Source of the DNA: Phycisphaerales bacterium
GTDB lineage: Bacteria; Planctomycetota; Phycisphaerae; Phycisphaerales; SM1A02
DNA: 31,599 bases
Reading direction: 5' to 3'
Assembly: GCA_038318935.1 (NCBI GenBank)
Contig: JBBQCR010000001.1
Span: 1-31,599, forward strand
A model generated the notes under the pieces. It did no database searches and was not told the origin of the DNA. It worked only from the letters and a program-made list of their open reading frames with translations. The position numbers and the translations under genes were made by a program. Positions 9,037 through 16,630 of the stretch are shown piece by piece (within the stretch, counting starts at the first letter, position 1; each line of letters starts with the position of its first letter).

Positions 9037-10742
9037 GCGTTGCCACGCTCGAAGACCGCGAGTCCGTCAACCAGGCATCGCAGCGTGAAGCGCTGGTCCC
9101 GCAGCACGCGACCGAAGACAAAGCGCATCACCGGTTCGATCTGTGGGGCGACGTCGTGAAAGAGCATCGCGCCGCCTGGTGCGACCAGCGGTGCATACAG
9201 TCGAAAGTCCGATTCGACGCCTGACCAAGTATGCAGACCATCGATGAAGACCAGACCACATCGGCCTTCCAGCTCGGGGATGTCGCTGATCGCTGCGTCG
9301 CTCGTGAGGACGATCTGTCGGAGGCGGTCGAGATGGCCTTCCCGAGCAAAGGCAAATCGCATGATGTCGCGCGTGGACGCATCGGGATCGATCGAGTGAA
9401 TCGGTGGGCGCCGCTCGTCGGTCGCGGCGGCCATCACGAGGGCGCTGCCGCCAAAGGCGGAACCGATCTCGACAATCGGTCGATCCGCCGCGTAATGGCG
9501 GGCGGCGATGCCAAGGATCGTCCGCTGAGCCGGTGTCTGCATTGTCGAGACTACCTCGCGGGCGCAGAGATGCCCGTGCAGGAGTCGTTCAAAGGCTGTC
9601 GCTCCGAGATCAATCGTATGTTCTGAGGGAAAGACCTGTCGCGTCGCGTGCGACCACAGTCGCATGCCCAGTTCGCGCGCGGCGAAAAAACCGAGATCCG
9701 CCCGATCGTGCAGCGCGACATACGTCTGCGTGGACTCGTACCGGGTCGACGGCGGCAACGGTCCCTCGATGAAGTTGGTGACCAGATCAATCGCATCCGT
9801 TGGTGCCTGCAGCGTGAACCGATGCCCACTATGCACATGCGGAAACGCGACTCCGTTGATGCCGCAGAGATCCTCACGGATCACGCTGACTTGAAGCGGA
9901 AACTCCGAACACGTCGCATGGAGTCGATGTCCATCGAGCGTGAGCGCTCGACGAGCTGCTGCGTGGAGTCGTACCTCACCAAGCGCCGTGAACTGGCGAA
10001 GGCCGCTCGCTCGTTGAGCGTTGTCGAAAGTCGGCACACCGCGCTCTCTGGCTTGTACGAGCGTCCGGTGCAGCGTCTCGTGTCGCATGAGCGGTGAGCA
10101 GACGACCGCCGCGTCCTGTGGCAATGCCCGCAGATCATCAAAGGACGCGAATCCATCGCTCTCGGCTCGGCGGCGACTGTCGGAATTGCCGTCGTAGATG
10201 ATGATCCGATCAGCCGCCACATCGGATTCACTCCGCAAGCGATGGGCGATCTCCGATCCCTGATGACCGTACCCGAGGATCGCAATCGTGCATTCAGCGG
10301 CGAGCGAACTCGCGAACTCGGTGATCGCTGAGGCCTGCGGGTCGGCGGAGAGACCGTCGATCGCTCCCATGACGACGACATGTTCGTCATCGATCGCGCC
10401 CGTGGCGCGCAGCGCGAGCAGAGTCGGATGGTCGGGCGTGGTGAAGACGAAGCAGACTCCGGAGGTCGGTCGATCCACCGCGCCGCTCCATGGCGGCAGG
10501 AGCATGCCTGGAACCCGTACGAAGTCGTGACGCTCATCGATCAAGGGATCGGGAAGGACGAACTTCCAGGCGGTCGTCGCGGTGGGTTCTCCAGCGAGTT
10601 CACCGAGGACGCGCACGTCGCCGCAGAAGACGATCGCTGCGAACTCGCCGCGACACAGCGGATGTCGGGCGTCGATCCTCGAAGCGGTCAGATGTTGACT
10701 GAGTGTTCCGATGCCCATGATGGTTGCCATGATGGTTGCCAA
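9033..10742 (-). CDS. Multidomain protein: NAD(P)-binding Rossmann domain plus C-terminal class I SAM methyltransferase (Methyltransf_24-like)
   Basis: IAILGYGHQG dinucleotide motif; IVEIGSAFGGS, HSIDP, LVFIDGLH, APGGAMLFHD. The start is ambiguous (TTG 10742, ATG 10730, ATG 10718). Confidence 0.75.
   Translation of the reverse strand: MATIMATIMGIGTLSQHLTASRIDARHPLCRGEFAAIVFCGDVRVLGELAGEPTATTAWKFVLPDPLIDERHDFVRVPGMLLPPWSGAVDRPTSGVCFVFTTPDHPTLLALRATGAIDDEHVVVMGAIDGLSADPQASAITEFASSLAAECTIAILGYGHQGSEIAHRLRSESDVAADRIIIYDGNSDSRRRAESDGFASFDDLRALPQDAAVVCSPLMRHETLHRTLVQARERGVPTFDNAQRASGLRQFTALGEVRLHAAARRALTLDGHRLHATCSEFPLQVSVIREDLCGINGVAFPHVHSGHRFTLQAPTDAIDLVTNFIEGPLPPSTRYESTQTYVALHDRADLGFFAARELGMRLWSHATRQVFPSEHTIDLGATAFERLLHGHLCAREVVSTMQTPAQRTILGIAARHYAADRPIVEIGSAFGGSALVMAAATDERRPPIHSIDPDASTRDIMRFAFAREGHLDRLRQIVLTSDAAISDIPELEGRCGLVFIDGLHTWSGVESDFRLYAPLVAPGGAMLFHDVAPQIEPVMRFVFGRVLRDQRFTLRCLVDGLAVFERGNA
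10715..10741. repeat. Perfect 12-bp tandem duplication spanning the start codons of the 9033-10742 gene
   Basis: ccatgatggttg ccatgatggttg cca; on the minus strand this reads (L/M)ATI-MATI-M. Confidence 0.9.
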
Positions 10743-10760
10743 GAGAGTGCCCTTCGCTGC

Positions 10761-11828
10761 TCACGCCGATGCCGCAAAGGTTCCGAGAACAGGCAGAGGA
10801 ATCGATCGTCCCAACGGCGTTTCCAGCGGCTCCTGCAACTGTCGTTCGACGAGCGTGCGCATCTGTGCAACGAGATCAGGATCGGCGAAGTGGGTGTACA
10901 GCACGTGAGCTCCATGCTTCGTGCACGTCGCACAGGTCGAATGGCGATACTTGTCCGCTTGCAGCGCCGCCCAGTCGGTGTCGAGATAGTTGCCGATGAA
11001 GTGCCGCTTCGCGTCGTATACCGCGCAGCACAGGGAAACGTTGCCGCGGAAGTCAAGAACGAGTTGATCGATGAGTTCGCAGTGCCGGTCGCGAACCGGA
11101 CGCATCACCTGCACAGCGTCAGCGACGCGAGGAACAAGCGCGCGATCAGCGAAGTCCCGCTCCGACTCGCTCAACGTGCCATCCATGTACTGGACGAGCT
11201 TCTCGACCGGCATCAGGAAGGCCCAGTCGGCGATGAAATCGAATCCGAGATCGCGGGCGAACGACTCCATCGCCTGGATCTCGCTGAGATTGTGCCGGTA
11301 CTTGTGGTAGTAGACGTGGATCCGGGTACGGCTGCCGACTGTCCGCTTCGCGGCGCTGAGCGCCCGCATGTTCCGCTTCACCTTGTCGATCACGCCACCT
11401 CGATGCCCGATTCCATAGATCGGCTGCGTAAAGCCGGAGAGAGAGACGCGAAAGGTTTTCATCCCAGCCGCCATCAGTCCCTCGGGGTCCTTGAGGTAGT
11501 TGAGATTCGAGGAAAGATGGACATGGAATCCGGCATCGGCGGCCACCTTGCAGAAGTGGTTGATGCGCGGATGAATCAGCGGCTCCGTCCAGTTGTAGAA
11601 GTGCAACTGCCAGTTCGGGAACTCGCGACGAAGCTTCGCGAGCACGCGATCAAAGACATCGTCGGAGATCATGCCCTTCTCGTTGGTGCCAGCCATGCTG
11701 CCGACCGGACACGAGGGGCACTTGAGATTGCAGGTCCCGACGAGATCCCACAAGATGATCTTCGGCCCCGAGCTGATCGACGCTTCCAGCGAGGGACGAA
11801 GATCAGGATCGCATGGCGAGGTCGTCAC
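10761..11828 (-). CDS. Radical SAM protein with a C-terminal SPASM/twitch-like Cys cluster
   Basis: CNLKCPSC (CxxxCxxC), LHFYNWTEPLIHP, LSSNL, C...GNVSLCC...IGN...CATC. GTG start. Confidence 0.9.
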   Translation of the reverse strand: MTTSPCDPDLRPSLEASISSGPKIILWDLVGTCNLKCPSCPVGSMAGTNEKGMISDDVFDRVLAKLRREFPNWQLHFYNWTEPLIHPRINHFCKVAADAGFHVHLSSNLNYLKDPEGLMAAGMKTFRVSLSGFTQPIYGIGHRGGVIDKVKRNMRALSAAKRTVGSRTRIHVYYHKYRHNLSEIQAMESFARDLGFDFIADWAFLMPVEKLVQYMDGTLSESERDFADRALVPRVADAVQVMRPVRDRHCELIDQLVLDFRGNVSLCCAVYDAKRHFIGNYLDTDWAALQADKYRHSTCATCTKHGAHVLYTHFADPDLVAQMRTLVERQLQEPLETPLGRSIPLPVLGTFAASA

Positions 11829-12066
11829 GGAGGGTGCTGGTCTTTCGTCGTGAACGCGGCAGATCTCGAGCGTCGGGAGTGTTCACAACGTCGGCCCTTC
11901 CGCCCCGGGCGCTTGAAAAGGACGCCCAGAATCCCGCAGGCGCAATGAGATCTCCGGCGTGGGACTTCTCGCACGAGGATCGCGGCGCGACTTCGGACGG
12001 AACCTCAGATTCGCCAGAAGCACCCCCTGCCACGAAACCGATAACAAACGCACAGGAGATCTCGCC
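11829..12066. promoter_or_regulatory. Divergent promoter region between the radical SAM operon (-) and the dioxygenase operon (+); RBS AGGAG at 12054-12058
   Basis: A 238-bp gap between divergent starts, with AGGAG 8 nt before ATG 12067. The individual promoter boxes are not resolved. Confidence 0.6.
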
Positions 12067-13209
12067 ATGAGCAGGATTCTGAACACCGCCGCCACGACCG
12101 ATACACACCGTCCCGCCGTCAAGCCATCGATCCCGACCGACACCGTCGGGAAGTACAGCTCGGCGGACGAACAGATTCTGCTCGAACACGATCTCCTGTC
12201 GAAGGCCGATCTTGAGTGCCTGAGGGCCTCGGCCGCGACCACTGGCGTGTCGCCAATCGATGCACTCATCGACCGCGGCGTCTACACGCCCGCTCAGATC
12301 GACCGCTGCCTTAGCACCCACGCGTGGTGGACCCGCTCGACGCCGGATCACCTCGCCTCCATCACATCACCAGCGGCGATCGCTGGCTATCGCCGCGAGT
12401 ACGACCTTCACGGCTGCTTCAAGATCCCGCACTTCTTCTCTCGGGAGGAGTTCTCGGCGATGGATCTCGCGACGACCCGCATGAGCGTCGAGCACGTTGA
12501 CGCAAATCCGCAGAAGCACAAGCTCTATCACTCACTCGGCGGATCGATCCTCTACTCGCAGAAGGCCCTGACCGATGTCAATGGCCATCCTGCGTTGATG
12601 AAGATCGCCTCGTCGTTCCTTGGCGACGACCTGGTGCAGGGCAAGTACTACCTGAAGATCGACGATCCCTATCGCTACGCAGGGATGTTCGGCCATACGC
12701 ACGCAGAGACGCACTATGACGCCTTGACCCGCGGCTTGTACATGTTCCTCTACATGGACGCGACGAGCCACGACTGCGGCGGTTTTCAGATCATTCCCGA
12801 CTCGCATACCTGGTACTCGCGCGGAGCGAACGGCCAGACGCTGTACAAGGGTCAAGAGCTGAAGTCTGAGTCCGCGGTCACCAACAAGGCATCGCTTGTC
12901 CACGATCCGGAACCCGCGCAACGCTGGGCCGGCTATCAGTCACTCGATATGCCGGGCAACACGCTACTGGTCCTCACACCGTTTCTCTGGCACGCAGTCC
13001 GTCCGGTCATGCACCGCCGCCGACTGCTGTTCACCGGCTTCTTCGATGCGAAATCGCTCACGCGCGACTTCGTCACCCGAAGCGATTACTTCAGCGCGTT
13101 CCCCTACGACCTCAAGGATTGCGACATCTCGTTGCTCGACGAGCGGCAGCGGAACCTGCTCTCCATTCATCTCGATCGCGAGGGATGGCTGAAGCGGCGA
13201 GGACTCTGA
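12067..13209 (+). CDS. PhyH-family Fe(II)/2-oxoglutarate dioxygenase with a degenerate MshEN-like N-terminal module
   Basis: GCFKIPHFFS, HAETHYD, GGFQIIPDSH, FLWHAVRP...R. The ATG at 12067 with RBS is preferred to the track start at 11959. Confidence 0.75.
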   Translation: MSRILNTAATTDTHRPAVKPSIPTDTVGKYSSADEQILLEHDLLSKADLECLRASAATTGVSPIDALIDRGVYTPAQIDRCLSTHAWWTRSTPDHLASITSPAAIAGYRREYDLHGCFKIPHFFSREEFSAMDLATTRMSVEHVDANPQKHKLYHSLGGSILYSQKALTDVNGHPALMKIASSFLGDDLVQGKYYLKIDDPYRYAGMFGHTHAETHYDALTRGLYMFLYMDATSHDCGGFQIIPDSHTWYSRGANGQTLYKGQELKSESAVTNKASLVHDPEPAQRWAGYQSLDMPGNTLLVLTPFLWHAVRPVMHRRRLLFTGFFDAKSLTRDFVTRSDYFSAFPYDLKDCDISLLDERQRNLLSIHLDREGWLKRRGL

Positions 13210-13276
13210 TCCGGCGTCACACGTGCAGATCCTCCACCGCTTCCACGCCGCCAATTTCGACAGGACTACCCAAACC

Positions 13277-14065
13277 ATGCCCGTACGAATCGCAGCACCG
13301 CAGTCGTCGCCAACACCAGCCAGCCCGACGAAGAAGAGTGGCGTCACGCCGGTCCGCGCGGAGTCGTTGGCTGCTCAGTACGCCACGCAGGGCTACTGTC
13401 TCGCGCGCAACGCCGTCCCGCTGTCGTCAATCGATCACCTGATGTCCCGCTACCTCGACTTGGTGGAAGAGAGCACGGGACGGCGCTTCACCGACGCCCA
13501 TGGCGCGGACATCGTCGCCTTCTACGACGAGCACCCCGAGCTGGAATCGGAGGTCTATCTCAAGATCCGCGATAAGCCCTGGCTCACGGAGTTCGCGTCG
13601 CAGTCGGCGCTGCTCGAGCCGGTCCGTGCGCTCCTCCCGCGCGGCTTCAGCCTCTTCAGCAAGATTCCCTTTCGTATCGACATGCCGCTCTGGACCAAGG
13701 AGCTCGCGCTCTGGCATCAGGACCACTTCTATGTGCGCGGCAACACCGACATCATCACCGCCTGGGTTCCCTTCCAGGACACCAGCTATTTCAATGGCTG
13801 CCTGAGCGTCATGCCAGGATCGCACACCCTCGGCGTCGTGCCGCACGACGGCAAGGTTGGCAAGAAGTCCGTCCCCACAAGTATCTTCGATCGCGAGATC
13901 CGCTTGGTCGAGATGCGCAAGGGTGACGTGCTCTACTTCAACGCCTTGCTCTTCCACAGCGGGAACCTGAACGTTTCGCCATCGATCCGCTACTCGCTGC
14001 AACCGCGGTTCACTCCCACCGGCGCCCCGACCGATCCCGCCATGGGCGATCTCCTTCCCATGTGA
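13277..14065 (+). CDS. PhyH-family Fe(II)/2-oxoglutarate dioxygenase
   Basis: QGYCLAR, LWHQD, TAWVPFQD, NGCLSVMPGSH, MRKGDVLYFNALLFHSG...RYSL. ATG 13277 follows AGGA; the track start GTG 13223 is possible. Confidence 0.9.
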   Translation: MPVRIAAPQSSPTPASPTKKSGVTPVRAESLAAQYATQGYCLARNAVPLSSIDHLMSRYLDLVEESTGRRFTDAHGADIVAFYDEHPELESEVYLKIRDKPWLTEFASQSALLEPVRALLPRGFSLFSKIPFRIDMPLWTKELALWHQDHFYVRGNTDIITAWVPFQDTSYFNGCLSVMPGSHTLGVVPHDGKVGKKSVPTSIFDREIRLVEMRKGDVLYFNALLFHSGNLNVSPSIRYSLQPRFTPTGAPTDPAMGDLLPM

Positions 14066-14092
14066 TCGCCAACCACCGAGTGAGCTCCCCGC

Positions 14093-14845
14093 ATGATCCG
14101 TGAACCGAAGAACCAGTCCAAGGCCGATCTCTCCCAGTTCTCGATGATGGAGAGTGTCTTCGAGCATTCCGCAGGCTCGCTCGCTGAGCGGATCGACGGG
14201 TTCCCGAAATTCGCGTCGCGACAGGCGCTCGCGAAGTTTCTCGCCCGCTACGAGATCTTCCAGCACATGCTCGAGGTCAATGGTTCGATCATCGAGTGTG
14301 GCGTCCTGCACGGCGCCGGGTTGCTGACGTGGGCAAAGCTCTCGTCGATCTTCGAGCCAGCCAATCACGTGCGGAAGATCATCGGCTTTGACACCTTCGA
14401 GGGATTCCCGTCCATCAGCGATGCGGACCGGACCGAAGGCGATTCGGCGCACCTTGTCGATGGAGGACTGGCGGGTTCGACGCTCGACGATGTGCAGCGG
14501 GCCGTTCATCTGTACGATCAGAACCGACCAATCGCGCACATCGCCAAGGTCGAACTCGTCAAGGGCGATCTGTGCACAACCGCTCCGGCCTACCTCAAGC
14601 TCAATCCACATCTGGTCGTGAGCATGCTCTATCTCGATCTTGATCTGTACGAGCCGACCAAAGTCGCTCTTCAGACGTTTCTCCCTCGCATGCCCAAAGG
14701 GGCGGTGATCGTCTTCGATGAACTCAACGCCAAGATGTTCCCCGGCGAGACGCTTGCCGTCGACGAGGTGCTCGGCCTGAGAAATCTGCGCATCCGCCGC
14801 CTGCCGTTTGATTCCTATGTCTCCTACTGCGTGATCGGCGAATGA
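14093..14845 (+). CDS. TylF/MycF (macrocin O-methyltransferase) family sugar O-methyltransferase
   Basis: GSIIECGV, IIGFDTFEGFP, LVKGD, LYLDLDLYEPTK, GAVIVFDE, FPGETLAV. Confidence 0.85.
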   Translation: MIREPKNQSKADLSQFSMMESVFEHSAGSLAERIDGFPKFASRQALAKFLARYEIFQHMLEVNGSIIECGVLHGAGLLTWAKLSSIFEPANHVRKIIGFDTFEGFPSISDADRTEGDSAHLVDGGLAGSTLDDVQRAVHLYDQNRPIAHIAKVELVKGDLCTTAPAYLKLNPHLVVSMLYLDLDLYEPTKVALQTFLPRMPKGAVIVFDELNAKMFPGETLAVDEVLGLRNLRIRRLPFDSYVSYCVIGE

Positions 14846-15756
14846 AGGGCGCGTCCGCGCGAACCGTCGAGATCCCGCTCCGCCCCCTCGGACGAGACGG
14901 ATCGATGATCCCGATCATCGGCTTCGGCGCCGAAGCACTCGGACGCAGCGGTCGTCGGTTCGAAGACGCGGAGCGGACACTTCATGCGGTGGTGGATGCG
15001 GGGGTCACGCTCATCGACACCGCCTCGTGCTACGGCAACTCCGAACGCTTTGTCGGCACCGCCCTCGAATCCCGTCGCGACGAGATCACAATCGTGACGA
15101 AGTGCGGCTGGGGCGAGGACATGTCGCCGCAATGGAGCCCGGCCGAGATCGCTGCCACAGTCGATACGTCGCTGCGCTCGCTGCGGACTGATCGTGTGGA
15201 CGTGCTGCTTCTCCACAGTTGTCCGCTTGAGACACTGCAACGCGGTGACGTGATTGTCGCGCTTCAACGGCTACGTGATGCCGGAAAGGCCGTCCGCATC
15301 GGCTACAGCGGCGACAACGAGGCGCTCACTCACGCCGTCGAATGCGGCGCGTTCACCGTGGTCGAAGCGTCGTTCAACATGCTTGATCGGGCCAACGCTG
15401 CGGCCATCGCCGAAGCCCATCGTCGCGGCATGGGAGTCCTTGCGAAGCGACCACTCGCCAACGCAGTCCCCGGACGGACCGAGCGCCCCAAGAGCGACTA
15501 CGCGGCCCAGTACTGGCCGCGCTGGCAGGCGCTCGGAATGTCGCGTGAACTCGCAGCGCTGCCGTGGCTCGATGTCGCGGTGCGTTTTGCGGCATTTTGG
15601 CCCGGGGTCAGCGGAATCCTCGTTGGCTCAAGCCATGCGCATCACGTCGTCGAGCATCTCGATCGCCTTCGTCGCGGCGCGTTGCCGGAGGAGATCCTCC
15701 GTCGTCTCGATGTTGCCTACCAGAGTGCTGATCGGGGATGGGTCGCACTCGGGTGA
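14842..15756 (+). CDS. Aldo/keto reductase
   Basis: IGFGA, LIDTASCYGNSE, IVTKCG, SLRSLRTDRVDVLLLHS, with the Asp/Tyr/Lys/His tetrad present. ATGA coupling to the TylF gene. Confidence 0.9.
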   Translation: MKGASARTVEIPLRPLGRDGSMIPIIGFGAEALGRSGRRFEDAERTLHAVVDAGVTLIDTASCYGNSERFVGTALESRRDEITIVTKCGWGEDMSPQWSPAEIAATVDTSLRSLRTDRVDVLLLHSCPLETLQRGDVIVALQRLRDAGKAVRIGYSGDNEALTHAVECGAFTVVEASFNMLDRANAAAIAEAHRRGMGVLAKRPLANAVPGRTERPKSDYAAQYWPRWQALGMSRELAALPWLDVAVRFAAFWPGVSGILVGSSHAHHVVEHLDRLRRGALPEEILRRLDVAYQSADRGWVALG

Positions 15757-15868
15757 TGCGCTTCGTTCACTCAAGACGCTGCAGAAGCTGGTGATGGACA
15801 CGGGGCTGCGCGCTCCGCACTCTTGGTGCGACGTGCTCTGGGCGGCTGCAGTGCCCACGCCCCGTGCC

Positions 15869-16600
15869 TCACTCGATTTCGTCCGGCAGCTCCGCGTTGT
15901 GGTAGACCTTCTGTACGTCGTCGTGATCTTCGATGGCGTCGATGAGCGCCAGAAGTTTTTTCGACTGATCGAGATCGAGCGCCACCGTCGACTGCGGTAG
16001 GTAGGTGATCTCCGCGTTCTCGATCGGAAATTGCGCGGTCTCCAGCGCGATCTTCACCCGTTCGAAGTCGGCTGGTTTGCAGGTGACTTGAACGAAGTCG
16101 CTGTCGAGCGCGACGTCCTCAGCGTCGGCAGCGAGCGCGACCTCCATGACCGACTCTTCCGGCGCGGTGGCGCTCAGGAGGAGGATCACTCCCTGCTGCG
16201 TGAATCCGAACGCCACCGAACCAGGCACGCCCATCTTGCCGCCGTTTTTGTCGACGAGCGTGCGCAGCTCCGCTGCCGTCCGGTTGGCGTTGGCGATGAG
16301 AAGATCGATCAGAATCGCGGTGCCACCGGGGCCAAATGCCTCGTACCGCACCGACTCGTAGCGCTCGGTGCTTCCTTCGCCGGTGCCCTTGCGAATCGCC
16401 TTCTCAATCGTGTCACGCGGCATGTTTGCCGCCTTGGCCTCGTCGATCGCGATGCGCAGCGAGGCATTGAACTTGACATCACCGCCAGACTGGGCGGCGA
16501 CGATGATCGCGCGGCTGCATTTGCTCCAGGCCTTGCCGCGCTTTCGATCGACGGCTGCCTTGCGATGCTTGATGTTCTTCCACGCACTGTGTCCGGCCAT
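15869..16600 (-). CDS. yebC: YebC/PmpR family protein
   Basis: MAGHSAWKNIKHRK, AKAANMPRDTIEKAI, YEAFGPGG, IEDHDDVQKVYHN. Confidence 0.95.
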   Translation of the reverse strand: MAGHSAWKNIKHRKAAVDRKRGKAWSKCSRAIIVAAQSGGDVKFNASLRIAIDEAKAANMPRDTIEKAIRKGTGEGSTERYESVRYEAFGPGGTAILIDLLIANANRTAAELRTLVDKNGGKMGVPGSVAFGFTQQGVILLLSATAPEESVMEVALAADAEDVALDSDFVQVTCKPADFERVKIALETAQFPIENAEITYLPQSTVALDLDQSKKLLALIDAIEDHDDVQKVYHNAELPDEIE

Positions 16601-16630
16601 GGCGAGTTCGATCGATCGTTGACGCGTGAG

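Noticed and set aside
12017-12033. Sigma-54 promoter on the minus strand (TGGCAGGGGGTGC)
   Set aside because: The GG-to-GC spacing is 2 nt shorter than the strict -24/-12 requirement.
10761-12066. The radical SAM/SPASM gene as a RiPP maturase
   Set aside because: There is no plausible precursor peptide, PqqD/RRE domain or peptidase/exporter nearby, and the neighbours are all glycan enzymes.
12067-14065. The PhyH proteins as non-heme iron halogenases
   Set aside because: Both retain a carboxylate after His (HAE or HYD; HQD). Halogenases replace it with Ala or Gly.
15799-15866. Small multi-stem structure between the convergent AKR and yebC genes
   Set aside because: The stems are only 4-6 bp and GC-rich with no U-tract on either strand, so it cannot be called a terminator or ncRNA.
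1-15868. The glycan island as a mobile element or genomic island
   Set aside because: No integrase, transposase, tRNA attachment site or flanking direct repeat is visible, and I could not compute a compositional shift.
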